Notes: a model not told the origin generated them from the sequence alone. Counted from the first letter of the stretch, positions 9,449 through 20,957 are shown. The stretch: DNA of 64,000 nucleotides from an uncultured Chloroflexia bacterium (GCA_963703345.1 OY969814.1:736001-800000); one strand, 5' to 3'. Translations and numbers: made by a program.

Positions 9449-10234
9449 ATGGCTCGGTCAAAGCGTGTGGCGCTAATCTTCGTCGTGTTGGTCGGCTCGG
9501 TCATGCTCGTGTCTGCTTGCACAGAGAATGCAGAGGCGCCGCCGAAGACCCCGACAGCCGTCGCCGCCGCTACCCTGGCGCCTGACGTGACGGTGCAACC
9601 GGGATCGGCCACCATCATCAGTCCGAAAGAGGGCGAGAGAGTGCGCGTGCCGATAACCGTCTCGGGGACCGCCAGTGTTTCTGAAGGGGCTATCGTCGTC
9701 ATCGAAATCCAAAGCACTGATGGCAATCGCACCTACTGCCGCGCATTCACAACGGCCAGCCGAGGCGCCCCCGATACCGGCACTTTTGAAGCAATGCTTG
9801 CGTTTCCTCCTCCGCCTTTTACCCCACCTCTCAGCTTGGGCGCTACAGTGCATATCTTGACCGTCAGCCCCGAAGATGGCAGCAAACAGGAGTTGGCCAG
9901 CGTGCCGTTCGTCATTACCGCCGAAGAGCCGGACGTACTCATCAACTCACCATTGTGCGGTGCTTCGGTGAAGAGCCCCGTCACCATTACCGGCACCGCC
10001 AGCGCCTTCGAAGGGGCGCTGACAGTCTCGGTCAAGGATTGGACCGGCAACGAGATGGCAAGCGCTGACGTCAAAGCCTCGGAGGGCGCACAGGGAAGAG
10101 GTGATTTTTCCCAGGAGCTGAGCTTCTCGCTGTCCGGCGGAATTCAGCCGGGCAGGATCGAGGCGTACAGTCACAGTGCGGAGGACGGCAGCGTCATCAA
10201 CCTCTTCTCCGTGCCGGTCATACTGACGCCGTAG
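9449..10234 (+). CDS. Lipoprotein with two Gmad2 immunoglobulin-like domains
   Basis: Lipobox VSAC; two SP.......P.T..GTAS..EG modules. Confidence 0.8.
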   Translation: MARSKRVALIFVVLVGSVMLVSACTENAEAPPKTPTAVAAATLAPDVTVQPGSATIISPKEGERVRVPITVSGTASVSEGAIVVIEIQSTDGNRTYCRAFTTASRGAPDTGTFEAMLAFPPPPFTPPLSLGATVHILTVSPEDGSKQELASVPFVITAEEPDVLINSPLCGASVKSPVTITGTASAFEGALTVSVKDWTGNEMASADVKASEGAQGRGDFSQELSFSLSGGIQPGRIEAYSHSAEDGSVINLFSVPVILTP

Positions 10235-10240
10235 GCGCAG

Positions 10241-10408
10241 CTACTGCGATCTCTTTAGCCGCACCACGACCGGCGTGACCGTCACGGGGGTCTCCGGGTC
10301 CAGCAGTCACGCGGCGTTGCCGAGCGGCATTGCCACCTCCAGGTAACCGCTACTGTCGATGAGCGCAACCAGATCGTCGCCGTCGCCCTAGGTTGTCGCC
10401 AGTGGAAC
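10241..10408 (-). pseudogene. C-terminal remnant of a SAM hydrolase/halogenase (DUF62) gene
   Basis: Reads PLATT*GDGDDLVALIDSSGYLEVAMPLGNAA*LLDPETPV with in-frame stops at 10388-10390 and 10307-10309; truncated at repeat B copy 2. Confidence 0.7.
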
Positions 10409-10416
10409 CGGCTGTC

Positions 10417-10519
10417 AATTATGCGCTATTCGGCTAACGCGTGAAGAGTCGATAACTGTGCGTTTTCGTTGGGGGGCTGCAAGTCTAGCGGACAGCGGGG
10501 AGAGCGGGCTGTTTGGGAA
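10417..10519. repeat. Direct repeat B, copy 2
   Basis: Same conserved blocks and orientation as 9297-9400. Confidence 0.92.
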
Positions 10520-10569
10520 GCAGCTGCTCCACCAGTCAAGCTGCGGCTAACCCTTCGAGTGCCGCGAAC

Positions 10570-10802
10570 CCCTTACAACTCCTCCCCCGCTCTGCTATCC
10601 TGACCTCACACCCTTCGGAAGGCCACCCGACGCTATGCACATGACACCCTCGCTCCCGCCCGCTTGCCCGTCCGGGCTCGCCCATCGACGCGCCCCGCCG
10701 CCCCGGCGACTGCGCATTTTTGCGCAACTCCTCAGATTCAAACCGACACCATCCAGATTCAAGCAACAACGCAAAAAATAATTGAATTCAATGGGTCAAT
10801 TA
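10570..10802 (+). repeat. Dispersed element A, copy 1 (promoter-bearing, palindromic end)
   Basis: Starts CCCTTACAACTCCTCCCCCGCTCTGCTATCCTGAC (35 nt identical to 27083-27117 reverse complement); ends AATTGAATTCAATGGGTCAATTA. Confidence 0.92.
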
Positions 10803-10929
10803 AGGCCGGATTCCCCCTATCATGCCGCAGGCCTGCCCGTAGGGCTTCAGCCCGCGGTGCAGATGAGCCTTCCCTCCCCGATGCCCGCCGCCCTATACTG
10901 GTGCCACCCCATCGACAGGAGGACCATCC

Positions 10930-11811
10930 ATGCTGACAAGGCTGTCTTCGGCCACAAAGGAAGTCGTCATCGGCCAGGGACCCACCGTCCTCATCGGCGA
11001 GCGCATCAACCCAACCGGTAAGAAGAAGCTCGCCGCCGCCCTCATGGAAGGCGACATGGACCTCGTCCGCCTCTCCGCCATCGCCCAGGTCGAAGCCGGC
11101 GCCGACGTCCTCGACGTCAACATCGGCCTCGCCGGCCTCGACCAGGTGAAGGTCCTGCCCATCGCCCTCAAGACCGTCATGGACGCCGTCAACGTGCCCA
11201 TCAGCATCGATAGCAACAACCCGGAGGCCCTCACAGCCGCCCTCAAAGTCTACCGCGGCAAGCCCATCATCAACTCCATCACCGGCGAAGAGAAAGCCAT
11301 GGCCGCCCTCCTGCCGCTCGTCAAAGAGTACGGAACCGCCTTCATCGGCCTCTGCATGGACGACGAAGGCATCCCGACCAGCGCCGACCGACGCGTCGCC
11401 ATCGCCCACAAGATCGTCGACCGCGCCGTCTCGATGGGCATTCCGCAGGAAGACGTAATCGTCGACTGCCTGGTGATGACCGTCGCCACCGACCACACGG
11501 CCGCGGCGATGACTCTGGAGGCCGTCCGGCGCGTGCGCACCGAGATCGGCCAGAACGTGACCGCCGGCGTCAGCAACGTCTCCTTCGGCCTGCCCGACCG
11601 CGACCTGATCAACTCGACCTCCCTGGCCCTGCTCATCGGCGCCGGCGTCAACTGCCCGATCATCGACGTGGCGAAAGCGCGTCCCCTCGTCCTTGCCGCC
11701 GACATGCTGCTCGGCCGCGACGAGTACTCCGCCCGCTACATCAAAGCCTTCCGCGAACGCCAGAAAGCCCTCGAAGCGCAGCAAGCCGCTGAGCAAGCTT
11801 CGCCCCCCTAG
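10930..11811 (+). CDS. Pterin-binding methyltetrahydrofolate:corrinoid methyltransferase (AcsE/MetH pterin domain)
   Basis: IGERINPTG, GADVLDVN, ISIDS, INS and GVSNVSFGLP motifs. Confidence 0.88.
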   Translation: MLTRLSSATKEVVIGQGPTVLIGERINPTGKKKLAAALMEGDMDLVRLSAIAQVEAGADVLDVNIGLAGLDQVKVLPIALKTVMDAVNVPISIDSNNPEALTAALKVYRGKPIINSITGEEKAMAALLPLVKEYGTAFIGLCMDDEGIPTSADRRVAIAHKIVDRAVSMGIPQEDVIVDCLVMTVATDHTAAAMTLEAVRRVRTEIGQNVTAGVSNVSFGLPDRDLINSTSLALLIGAGVNCPIIDVAKARPLVLAADMLLGRDEYSARYIKAFRERQKALEAQQAAEQASPP

Positions 11812-11910
11812 ACTGACCCACTCGGGAATAACTTCGGGGGATGTGGAGAGGCGGAATCGCCATTCTGTCGCAAGAGGCCGCAGCTCGCTGCTGCCGACGT
11901 TCTCAACCAC

Positions 11911-11936
11911 TAGCTGAGGGATTCATCCCTCAGAAC
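11911..11936. repeat. REP-like palindrome CTGAGGGATTCATCCCTCAG
   Basis: Near-identical hairpins at 59899-59922, 59955-59975 and 60074-60093. Confidence 0.75.
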
Positions 11937-12037
11937 TGTTACCCGTCTCCAGCAATCCGCCGAACAGCCATCGACGGCGTAGACCGCCTCTTCTGGAATA
12001 GTGGGGGAGTGCTGCGGACCTACGTCCGCGGGAGAAA

Positions 12038-14653
12038 CTAGCCTTTGCGGCCCTTCGACTGCGGCCCCTTCGACGGCGGGGCCTTCGCGTTCTTCGTGCC
12101 CTTCGCGCTCTTCCCGTCGCCGCTCTTGTCCGGTTCCGCCGCCTTCTTCTTCCCCTCGGCCGGCGCGCCCTTGTTAGGCGCCTGCCCGACCTCGAAGACC
12201 GATATCGACGCAACCAGGTCGCCCGGCCCGACGCCCATCAGGTGCACGCCCTGCGTCCCGCGTCCCACCGACGAAATGCTGTCGATCCGCGTCCGCAGGA
12301 TGATGCCGGAAGCGGAGATGATCATCAGCTCCTGCATCTCGTTGACAGAGCGCGCCGCCACGACCGGCCCCGTCTTGTCCGTTATCTGATGCGTCACGAC
12401 GCCGGCGCCGCCGCGATGATGGCGCGGGTAGCCGTCGAAAGGCGTCCGCTTGCCGAAGCCGTTCGCCGTCACCGTCAGCAACTGCATCTTCGGCGTCACG
12501 ACCTCCATCCCGACCACGCTCTCGTCCTTGGCGAGTTGCATGCCCCGCACGCCGCCGCTCGCCCGCGACGCCGCCCGCAGCTCCTTGACCGAGAAGCGCA
12601 CCGCCTTCCCGCGATTGCTGACGAGGACGACGTCGTCGTCTTCCGCCACCTGCTTCGCCGTGACCAGCTCGTCGCCCGGCTCCAGGTCCATGCAGATGAG
12701 TCCGGCCCGTCGCACCGACTCGAACTCGGAGAGTGACGTCTTCTTCACCTCGCCGCGTCTGGTGGCCTGCACCAGGTAGTCCTTCTCAAAGCTGCGTACG
12801 CCGACCTGCGCGGTAACGGTGTCGCCCTGGGGCATCTCGATCAGGTTGACCAGCGCGTCACCCTTCGCCTGCCGCTTGGCGTCCGGCAAGTCATACGCCC
12901 GCAACTGGAAGACGCAGCCGCGACCGGTGAAGAAGAGCAGGCTGTCATGCGTGTCCGCCACGAGTAGCCGCAGCACGGCATCGGCCTCCCGCGTCGTCAT
13001 GCCCGTGATGCCACGGCCGCCTCGCCGCTGCAACCGGTACGTGTCGAGCGGGATGCGCTTGATGTAGCCGCGATTGCTCAGCGTGACGACGATCTCCTGG
13101 TGCGGCACCAGGTCCTCCGCCGTCAGCTCCACGAGCTCCTGGTCGATGATGCGTGTCCGGCGCGGGTCGCCGAAGCGCTTCTTGATGTCCTGCGCGTCCT
13201 CTTTGATGAGGTAGTCGATCTTCCGCGGGTTGCCCAGCAGGTCCTCCAGGTAGGCGATCTGCTGGATGATGGCGTTGTACTCCTCCTCGATCTTCTGACG
13301 CTCCAGCCGCGCCAGCCGGCGCAACTGCATGTCTAGCACCGCCTGCGCCTGGCGGTCGCTCAGCTTGAACGGCGCCTTCATCAGCCGTTCCTTAGCGTCC
13401 TCCGCCGACTGCGCCTTGCGAATCGTCTGGATTATCTCGTCCAGGTTCTGAAGCGCCTTCATCAGCCCCTGGAGTATGTGCTCGCGTTCCCTCGCCCGCT
13501 CCAGCTCAAACTGTGAGCGACGCCGAATAACCTCGCGCCGGAAGCCGATATAGTGCTCCAGCACGCGCTTCAGGCTCAACGTCCGCGGCTGGCTGTCGAC
13601 CAGCGCCAGCATGTTTATCGGGAATGACGATTGCATGCCGGTGAAGCGATAGAGCTGGTTCAGCACCTCCTGCGCCTGGCCCGCCCGGCTTAGCTCGACG
13701 ACGATGCGCATTCCGTGCCGGTCCGATTCGTCCCGCAGATCGCTGATGCCGTCGATGCGCTTGCTCCGCGCCAGATCAGCGATACGCTCGACCAGGGACG
13801 CCTTGTTCGTCATGTAGGGCAGCTCCGTGACGATGATCTGCTGCCGGCCGCCGCGCGTCGTCTCCTCGATGTGGGTGCAGGCGCGCATCATGACGCGTCC
13901 GCGGCCGTCGCGGTACGCCTCTCTTATAGCGTCCTCTCGCGCCTCCGCGCCGTCCTTGCGCACTTGCTCGTATCTGAAGATGAAGCCGCCGGTGGGGAAA
14001 TCGGGTCCCTTGACCACGTCCGCCAACTCATCCATCGTCGCGTCCGGCTTCTCGATGAGGCGGCAGACGGCGTCGCAGACCTCGCCCAGGTTGTGCGGCG
14101 GCACGTTCGTCGCCATGCCGACGGCGATGCCGTAGGCGCCGTTGACGAGGAGGTTTGGTAGCCGCGAAGGTAGGACTGTTGGCTCATTGTTCTCAGCATT
14201 GTAGGTGGGCGCGAAATCCACGGTCTCCTTGTCGATGTCGGCGAGCATCTCCTCGGCAGTCGCGGTGAGGCGGGCTTCGGTGTACCGGTAGGCCGCTGGC
14301 GGGTCTCCATCTATGCTGCCAAAGTTCCCCTGACCGTCGACGAGCGGGTAACGAAGCGAAAAGTCCTGCGCCATGCGTACCATCGCCTCGTACACGGGCT
14401 CATCGCCGTGCGGGTGGTACTTCCCCAACACCTCGCCGACAGTCGTAGCGGATTTCCTGTAGGGGGTCCTAGAACTCAGGTGAAGCTCAGACATTGCATA
14501 GAGAATGCGACGCTGTACCGGTTTCAGCCCGTCGCGCACGTCCGGCAGCGCGCGTGACACGATAACGCTCATCGCGTAGTCCAGGTAGGACGCGCGCATC
14601 TCGTCCTCAATCTTGATGGGACGCACGTTGCCAATGCCGGTGTCGGTTGTCAT
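12038..14653 (-). CDS. gyrA: DNA gyrase subunit A
   Basis: [35 protein letters not shown] and GyrA-box QRRGGRG. Confidence 0.97.
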   Translation of the reverse strand: MTTDTGIGNVRPIKIEDEMRASYLDYAMSVIVSRALPDVRDGLKPVQRRILYAMSELHLSSRTPYRKSATTVGEVLGKYHPHGDEPVYEAMVRMAQDFSLRYPLVDGQGNFGSIDGDPPAAYRYTEARLTATAEEMLADIDKETVDFAPTYNAENNEPTVLPSRLPNLLVNGAYGIAVGMATNVPPHNLGEVCDAVCRLIEKPDATMDELADVVKGPDFPTGGFIFRYEQVRKDGAEAREDAIREAYRDGRGRVMMRACTHIEETTRGGRQQIIVTELPYMTNKASLVERIADLARSKRIDGISDLRDESDRHGMRIVVELSRAGQAQEVLNQLYRFTGMQSSFPINMLALVDSQPRTLSLKRVLEHYIGFRREVIRRRSQFELERAREREHILQGLMKALQNLDEIIQTIRKAQSAEDAKERLMKAPFKLSDRQAQAVLDMQLRRLARLERQKIEEEYNAIIQQIAYLEDLLGNPRKIDYLIKEDAQDIKKRFGDPRRTRIIDQELVELTAEDLVPHQEIVVTLSNRGYIKRIPLDTYRLQRRGGRGITGMTTREADAVLRLLVADTHDSLLFFTGRGCVFQLRAYDLPDAKRQAKGDALVNLIEMPQGDTVTAQVGVRSFEKDYLVQATRRGEVKKTSLSEFESVRRAGLICMDLEPGDELVTAKQVAEDDDVVLVSNRGKAVRFSVKELRAASRASGGVRGMQLAKDESVVGMEVVTPKMQLLTVTANGFGKRTPFDGYPRHHRGGAGVVTHQITDKTGPVVAARSVNEMQELMIISASGIILRTRIDSISSVGRGTQGVHLMGVGPGDLVASISVFEVGQAPNKGAPAEGKKKAAEPDKSGDGKSAKGTKNAKAPPSKGPQSKGRKG

Positions 14654-14781
14654 GTTCCGGCCCTAATGTGGGATTTTCGGCAGCGCCATTGTATCACAAT
14701 CGAATCTAATGGTCTCTCGCCTGTGCATCCTGTGGAGCGACATCCATCGCCCTGCTATACTCCGGCAAGGGAGGCAGTCAC

Positions 14782-15663
14782 GTGACGGCCAAGACTATCG
14801 ATGGGCGGGCAATCTCGCAGGAGATACGCGCGGAGCTGCGCGAGCGCGTGGACGCTCTTAAACGACGTGGCATCACGCCCGGGCTGGCCTTCGTGCTCGT
14901 CGGCGATAACCCTGCTTCGCTCTCCTACGTCGCCTCGAAGAACCAGGGCGCCGCCGAAGTCGGCATCAACTCCCAGACCTTCCAGATTCCCGGCGACGCG
15001 CCCCGGGAGCAGGTCATGGACCTCGTGCGACGCCTCAACGCCGACCCCACCTGGAATGGCATCCTTGTACAGCTCCCGCTGCCGTCATCACTCAGCGAGG
15101 ACGCCGTGATCAACGCCATCGCCGTCGAAAAAGACGTTGACGGCATCCATCCCGCGAACGTCGGCCGGCTCCTGCGCGGCGAGCCCACGTTCAAGCCTGC
15201 GACCCCCGCCGGGGTGCAGCAGCTCCTCATCCGCTCCGGCTACAACCCCGAAGGAAAGCACGTCGTCATTTGCGGCCGCTCCAACATCGTCGGCAAGCCA
15301 CTGGCCGCCATCCTGATGCAGAAGGCGCCAGGGGCCAACGCCACCGTCACCGTTTGCCACACGCGCACGGCGGACCTGGCGAAAATGACGCTTCAGGCGG
15401 ACATCCTTGTCGCCGCGATGGGAGCGGCCCGGGCCATTACGGCCGAGATGGTGAGGGAAGGGACGGTGGTGATCGACGTGGGCAATAACCGGATCGAAGA
15501 CCCGTCGCGAAAAAGCGGCTACCGGCTGGTCGGCGACGTCGACTACGACGCGGTGGCTGAGAAGGCGGCGGCGATAACGCCCGTCCCCGGGGGCGTCGGC
15601 CCTATGACCGTGACCATGCTGCTCTACAACACCGTGATGGCGGCAGAGGGAGGCATCGAGTAG
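14782..15663 (+). CDS. folD: Methylenetetrahydrofolate dehydrogenase/cyclohydrolase
   Basis: ILVQLPLP, KDVDG, GRSNIVGKP and TPVPGGVGPMT motifs. Confidence 0.97.
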   Translation: MTAKTIDGRAISQEIRAELRERVDALKRRGITPGLAFVLVGDNPASLSYVASKNQGAAEVGINSQTFQIPGDAPREQVMDLVRRLNADPTWNGILVQLPLPSSLSEDAVINAIAVEKDVDGIHPANVGRLLRGEPTFKPATPAGVQQLLIRSGYNPEGKHVVICGRSNIVGKPLAAILMQKAPGANATVTVCHTRTADLAKMTLQADILVAAMGAARAITAEMVREGTVVIDVGNNRIEDPSRKSGYRLVGDVDYDAVAEKAAAITPVPGGVGPMTVTMLLYNTVMAAEGGIE

Positions 15664-15691
15664 AACATAGACAGCGCGCCAGGTGCTCACA

Positions 15692-15726
15692 AGAAGGGCG
15701 TCGTCCTTCGGGGCGACGCCCTTCTC
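15692..15726. terminator. Hairpin, probable bidirectional terminator
   Basis: AGAAGGGCGTCGTCC TTCG GGGCGACGCCCTTCT between convergent genes. Confidence 0.7.
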
Positions 15727-15764
15727 ATCTCAACCGCGCAACAGAGGTGTCGTGTCTCTGTCGA

Positions 15765-18700
15765 CTAAGGACTGTAGGCCGCAGACTCCTGCCCGACCAG
15801 GTTCACCAGGTTGCCCATTCCCAGGCCGGCGTCATAGAGGTGCAACCCCCAATCGGCACCGATTGTCTCCGTCACAAGTGGCCTCGGATCGCCCGGGATA
15901 TTGGTGGGGTCAACCTGCAGCCAATTGGCGCCGCCGGAACTCACGCAGTGGGCCGTGTAGAGACCGGGGAAGGCCACATACGGCGTCGGCCAACCCGACG
16001 GGGGTGGCAGGTAGGGGCCGAGTGACCCAGGGAAAGGAGCGGTGCCGAAGTAGGGCAGCAGTGCGCCGGTTCCTCCTGAAAGCGACGCCGGGTTGGTGCA
16101 CAGCACGTCTTCGGTATTCGGGTCGCCCGGCGTCAGGCCGTTCCCCACCCTGCCAAACATGCTAGTGGGCGGTGGCGGCTCAAGCCAGCTGGAGTAAGCC
16201 ACCACGCAGCCTGTTTGGGTGGTAGACCGGCAGGCTGGAATGTTCTGGAAGTCGCCGCCGGCATCCTGGCCTTTGGCGACCAAGACGTTGCCGCCGAGGA
16301 TCAGGGCCGAGACAAGCTTGGCACGCACCGCCGGGTTGGGGTCGATCTCGTTGTGGACCAGTTGCCTCATCATGAACGACCCTTGCGAGTGGCTGATGAG
16401 GACAACCCCTCGGCCGTTGTTGTAGTTAGCCATATAGTCCTGCCAAGCGGCGAGGACGTCACTGTATGCCAGATCAAAGACCGCCGGCGTAATCCATCCG
16501 AGACTGATCGCGGGGAGCGTGAACTGCCGGTACACCGGGGCGTACATCTTGCACACCTTGGAGAAGTGCGCATACTGGTTGGCGATCGCTATCTCCTCCG
16601 GATCGATGTTCAGATTGGCGTTGGGGGTGAACTGGCTGCTCACGGTCGGGTAGACGAAGAAGCAGTCGATCGGTGGGTCCGGCGTCGGCACCGGTGGTGG
16701 CTCAAGCACAATCGTGCCGTCGGCGTAGATCACGTCGGTGGTAAGATCGGTCACGCAGGGGTTGTCGGCCATCCCGGGGCGGCACAGCCAGACGGGCGCG
16801 GGACCGGCCGGTAGCGGAGTGACCGTATTGGTGGCGGTCGCCGTCGGCGGCCGCGGCGTCGCGGTGAGGGTCGAGGTGGCCGTCGGGGCAGGCGGCGGCG
16901 GCGTTCCTGACGCCCCGCCGGAACCTGCCTGGTCGTCAGGTATGGGCAGGTCGCAGGTGCTGTAGTTGCGACCGAAGACGAACTGGAGGTCCTTGATGTC
17001 GATGTCGTTGTCGGACCACTTGGGCTCCAGGTCGTACCACTGGTCGTAACCGTTCAGGCCGAGTGTCAAGCCGTACCGGAAGGCCTCTGCCTGGTCGTCC
17101 GCAACATCGACCGTGCAGTCGAGGTTGAGGTCACCCTCGAGCATCCGGAGCGTGATGAAGGCGCTACCGCACACCGTGGTGAGCTGGCCGGGGAGGGTAC
17201 CCTGGATCTGCTCGCCCTGGGTGTCGGTAACTTCGCAGTCCTTGTCGGCGATGGTAGTTACCACGCCGTTGTCCTTCGTCGGCCGGAAGTGAGCGGTGTA
17301 GATCAGGTTGGCCAAGTTCGGCGTGATGTAGATCTCTGACACCACGCCGTTCGGGCTGCTGACTGTGCAGCCGGGGTCAACACCCACCTGGCACCCGTTA
17401 GGTCCGGGCTTGTTCTGCGGCACCAACGACCACGTCTGCGTCACCGGGTCGTACACCCAGGCCAACGCATCCTTGGTCACGCAGCCTTCGAGAATCGAGG
17501 TCTCGGTCTGGACGGTGACGAAACAGCCGCCTGCCTCGTTGACGTTAACGACGCGGCCGCCGCTGGTGAGCCAGGCGTTGTCCGGAGCCGTTGACACGGA
17601 GACGAACTGCTTGTCCCAGAAGATCTCGTGCTCCCAGGCGCCGAGTCCCTCAGGAATGTTGTCGGAGTCGTTCGAGTTGTCCTTGTCGAAGATGCCGGTG
17701 ACGTACTCGTCAATCTTCAGGCAGCCCTTGCCATTGGCGGCGAGGGCCTTCGCCGGGTCAATTACGGGCTGGCCCAGGCTGTCCAAAACGACGTGGCCGT
17801 TCGCGTCAAGCAGCCAGCAACCGGCCTTCGTGAGCCACAGGACGGCGCTGTCCTGGACACCCTCCGAGTGAATGTCGGCGTCCTTCTGCATCTTCACGCC
17901 GGGAACCGTAGTGGCCGTCGCCGTGTTCGTCGGCGTGTCGGTGACAGTCGGCGTGTCAGTCGGCGTGTTCGTCGGCGTGTTCGTCGGCGTCTCAGTCGGC
18001 GTGTTCGTCGGCGTGTTCGTCGGCGTCTGCGTCGGCGTTAGCGTCGGCGTGTTCGTGATCGTCGGCGTGTTCGTGTTCGTCTTCGTGGGCGTTGGCGTCC
18101 ACGTCGGCGGCTCGCCCTTGAAGTCCAGCCCGTCGAAGCACCTGTTCAACTCACCTGTGTTGGGCGGGCAGCTTATGTTCTGGTTCGTGCCCTTGTCCGC
18201 CTCGGTGGCTTCGATCACGGTCAGGGTGTCGATGCCCTCTGCCAGGCTCTTGAACGAGATCTCGGCGAGAGGCGCTGCGACTAGGTCGCCCGTGGGCAGG
18301 GTGGGAGTACCGCTCCCCATGAAGCAGCCGAGATAGGCCACGCCCCTAGGACCGCTGGGGTCAAGGTCACAGGTCGGCAGTGCGTTGCCGGAGGCGGTGC
18401 AATCCCAGTTGAGGGAAGTGCCCAGGTTGGGCGAGGTCATCGAGGACGTGCCGGTGTTGGCGTCCGGGTTGGAATCCAAGTTGAAGTCAGTGACTCCGTC
18501 CGTCACGCACTCGTTCAGAGTTCTGTCGTACGACACCTGGAAGTCGAAGGCAGCCGGTGGTCCGTTGGTGCCACCCACCGATGTGCCGGCGCCAACCAGA
18601 CAGACGGCGACCTTGTAGGTTGTGCCAACCGGGTACACAGTGGTGGGGTAATCGCCGGGGACTTGCGGCGTTACCGGGTTGCAGTCCTTGCTGCCGTTGG

Positions 18701-19427
18701 TGACGACGCCATCGGTGACGTCCATGTCCAGAGCGATGTGGACATCACCGGCGTCGCAGACCAGGTCCTGGTTGATGTCGCAGGCCGGATCCGGGATCTT
18801 CCAGGCGGCGTCCAGAATGGCGCCCCAGGGGGTAACCGCGGTCCCGTCAAGGTTGCCACACGCCAGGTGCTGGATACGCGCGATCGCGGTGTAGTCCTGC
18901 GCGGGGTTGAAGCCCGGCAGCGTGGAGATTCCCACGCTCTTGATGCCCGAGAGGTAGCCAGTGTACGGGGCCTTCGTGACCGTGTTGATCACGACGTCGT
19001 AGCCGCCCGTGACCGCCAGGTTGCCGAGCGTGAGGCTGTTGTCCGCGTTCTGCGTGACGCCGTGGAAGTACGCGGTCGGGAGGTCCAGGAACAGGCCCTG
19101 GTCAGCCGCGGCCGCGTGGTACACGCCCATGCCTACGACGTCCTGTATCAGGCAGTCATTCGCGCCAAAGTAGAAGACTCCCGGCAGGTTCGGGTAGAAA
19201 GGCGTAAGGCCCCATGCAGTTTCCTGCGAGATCACGATGCCGCCCCCGGCGTCCAACATCGAGATGGCGCCGGTTACACCGCTCGCGGCAGCGCCCGGGA
19301 TGGACGACACCATGACCGTGGTCGGCGTGACCGCCTTGGCCGAGCCGCTGTGGCCGAAGAGCGAGAATCCACCAAGGATCAGGCCCATGACCGAGACGGC
19401 TGTTATGACTAGTAACGAACGCTTCAT
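15765..19427 (-). CDS. Large secreted multidomain protein: cohesin-like modules, Pro/Thr repeats, dockerin-like motif and DUF3089 alpha/beta hydrolase
   Basis: Signal peptide MKRSLL after GGAGGTG; [14 protein letters not shown]...DIDIKDLQ; C-terminal [22 protein letters not shown] and LHLYD. Confidence 0.75.
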   Translation of the reverse strand: MKRSLLVITAVSVMGLILGGFSLFGHSGSAKAVTPTTVMVSSIPGAAASGVTGAISMLDAGGGIVISQETAWGLTPFYPNLPGVFYFGANDCLIQDVVGMGVYHAAAADQGLFLDLPTAYFHGVTQNADNSLTLGNLAVTGGYDVVINTVTKAPYTGYLSGIKSVGISTLPGFNPAQDYTAIARIQHLACGNLDGTAVTPWGAILDAAWKIPDPACDINQDLVCDAGDVHIALDMDVTDGVVTNGSKDCNPVTPQVPGDYPTTVYPVGTTYKVAVCLVGAGTSVGGTNGPPAAFDFQVSYDRTLNECVTDGVTDFNLDSNPDANTGTSSMTSPNLGTSLNWDCTASGNALPTCDLDPSGPRGVAYLGCFMGSGTPTLPTGDLVAAPLAEISFKSLAEGIDTLTVIEATEADKGTNQNISCPPNTGELNRCFDGLDFKGEPPTWTPTPTKTNTNTPTITNTPTLTPTQTPTNTPTNTPTETPTNTPTNTPTDTPTVTDTPTNTATATTVPGVKMQKDADIHSEGVQDSAVLWLTKAGCWLLDANGHVVLDSLGQPVIDPAKALAANGKGCLKIDEYVTGIFDKDNSNDSDNIPEGLGAWEHEIFWDKQFVSVSTAPDNAWLTSGGRVVNVNEAGGCFVTVQTETSILEGCVTKDALAWVYDPVTQTWSLVPQNKPGPNGCQVGVDPGCTVSSPNGVVSEIYITPNLANLIYTAHFRPTKDNGVVTTIADKDCEVTDTQGEQIQGTLPGQLTTVCGSAFITLRMLEGDLNLDCTVDVADDQAEAFRYGLTLGLNGYDQWYDLEPKWSDNDIDIKDLQFVFGRNYSTCDLPIPDDQAGSGGASGTPPPPAPTATSTLTATPRPPTATATNTVTPLPAGPAPVWLCRPGMADNPCVTDLTTDVIYADGTIVLEPPPVPTPDPPIDCFFVYPTVSSQFTPNANLNIDPEEIAIANQYAHFSKVCKMYAPVYRQFTLPAISLGWITPAVFDLAYSDVLAAWQDYMANYNNGRGVVLISHSQGSFMMRQLVHNEIDPNPAVRAKLVSALILGGNVLVAKGQDAGGDFQNIPACRSTTQTGCVVAYSSWLEPPPPTSMFGRVGNGLTPGDPNTEDVLCTNPASLSGGTGALLPYFGTAPFPGSLGPYLPPPSGWPTPYVAFPGLYTAHCVSSGGANWLQVDPTNIPGDPRPLVTETIGADWGLHLYDAGLGMGNLVNLVGQESAAYSP
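17915..18105 (-). repeat. Coding 12-bp tandem repeats (TPTN/TPTx linker)
   Basis: GTCGGCGTGTTC-type units encoding a Pro/Thr linker. Confidence 0.9.
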
Positions 19428-19588
19428 TTGTCCGTCACCTCCCCCGATCACTTCGAGCGGACGTCTGCGGGGCCACGGCTCGCCATCACAGCGACGAATA
19501 TAAAGAACTGCAAGCCAAGCGCAAGGCGCCGGCCTACCGATTCTCTCACGCACGGGCGGGGAACTAATGCTGAACCACCAGTGTCGCG

Positions 19589-19617
19589 AGTATAAGTCGC
19601 GTTTTCAGATTTGTCAA
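19589..19617 (-). promoter_or_regulatory. sigma70 promoter of the large surface protein
   Basis: TTGACA-17-TATACT. Confidence 0.8.
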
Positions 19618-19713
19618 GTGGATTCGTTGGAATGCCCAGAATCTGTCCCGAGATAACAAGAAAGGCCTGGACAGCTCCAGACCTTCTACCCGAACGGCTC
19701 ACTTCACCGCAGA

Positions 19714-20556
19714 TTATTCCTCGAATCCCTCCTCCGCGTCATCCTCGCCTTCCGTGGCCTCCTGGTAGTCTTGCAGCGTCATGTCCCCTTCGCTCGCCAC
19801 CGTCTCGGACTCCCACTCTTCGCCCTCTTCCGGCTCCTCCGCCGCGACCTCTTCCTCCTCCAGTTCGCGTCGCACCAGCCTGTCCTTAACGTAAGGCCGC
19901 ACCGTCTCGCCGCTGACTGCCGGGAAGGAAGGTCGGCCCTGCTGGCTGGGATGCTGGTAGATCTCGCGAATGATGACCCGTTGGTCCGACAAACTCGCCA
20001 CCGCCACGACGTAACGGTTACCCCCGTCCATAAGACGCGAGAGGCGTAGCCCCAGCTTCGGCTCGAGTTGCCCGACGTACTCGCCGTCCAGGGTGACGAC
20101 CGCCAGCGTGTTGTCCCGCGGCCTCAACCCCAGCGTATCGCCAGCCGTCAGGCGGCCCAGGGCCTCCGGTGCGACAAATCGCAGATTCGCGATGCCTGTC
20201 TTGCCGGTCTCGGCGATGAACAGAGCGGGGTCTATCCGGCGCGGCCCGTCGGCCTGCGCCGCCGCCGCCTTCGCTCGCACTTCCAGCCGTTCGAGGTTCT
20301 TGCGGGCTATGCTGTTCAGAGGCTCAAGCTCCAGCGCTCTCTCGTAGGCCATGCGCGCATCCTCGTACTTGCCCATCTCCATCAGCGCCTTGCCCAGCCG
20401 GTTGTAGGCATCGACGTCCGACGGGAACATGCTAATTAGCGAGCGGTTGACTGCCACCGCCTCTTTCCAGCGACTCTCCAGAGCCAACTGAATCGCCTGC
20501 TCCACGCGCTGGCGTCTCAGCCGAGTCGTCTCGCCGGTCTGGTAGTTCATCACCAT
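19714..20556 (-). CDS. Tetratricopeptide-repeat protein with acidic tail
   Basis: TPR motif AYNRLGKAL...AYERALEL; FIAETGK; acidic C-terminus. Confidence 0.85.
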   Translation of the reverse strand: MVMNYQTGETTRLRRQRVEQAIQLALESRWKEAVAVNRSLISMFPSDVDAYNRLGKALMEMGKYEDARMAYERALELEPLNSIARKNLERLEVRAKAAAAQADGPRRIDPALFIAETGKTGIANLRFVAPEALGRLTAGDTLGLRPRDNTLAVVTLDGEYVGQLEPKLGLRLSRLMDGGNRYVVAVASLSDQRVIIREIYQHPSQQGRPSFPAVSGETVRPYVKDRLVRRELEEEEVAAEEPEEGEEWESETVASEGDMTLQDYQEATEGEDDAEEGFEE

Positions 20557-20744
20557 CGCATCATCCCATCTACCTATTGTAGCTCGGCTATCTTGTGCCG
20601 AACTTGAGTGTTTCTGAAGAAACTGTGAGAAAAACACTCGATAGCGGGCGTGCGGCCATCGCACCCTCGATTCAAGAGCGACAAATACCGGAATTCCAGC
20701 CATTTGTCAAGCAGGAGGGGTTATTGGATGTTCGAGAAGGAGGC

Positions 20745-20822
20745 TGGTCGGGGTGGGCAGATTTGAACTGCCGACCTCACGGTCCCGAACCGTGCGCTCT
20801 AGCCTAACTGAGCTACACCCCG
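20745..20822 (-). tRNA. tRNA-Pro(CGG)
   Basis: CGGGGTGTAGCTCAG...CACGG TTCGGGA CCGTG...GTTCAAATC...CACCCCGACCA cloverleaf with encoded CCA. Confidence 0.97.
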
Positions 20823-20957
20823 CGACCAAAGAAGCGTCGCGATCTCCCGACCGTTCGGACGGGAGGGCGCCGGCGTCAACGATGATAGCAGACGGCCGCG
20901 AAGGTGTCGAGGCGGAACCGGCGCTCGGGGTGGGAGGCGATGGCCTGCGGTGTCGCC

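Noticed and set aside
10635-10781. Conserved small protein encoded by element A
   Set aside because: ATG-CAC and RBS-like sequences are shared, but the three copies give unrelated peptides and different frames at the conserved end
17915-18105. Tandem repeats resembling an array
   Set aside because: 12-bp in-frame units encoding a Pro/Thr linker, with no spacers or cas genes; not CRISPR
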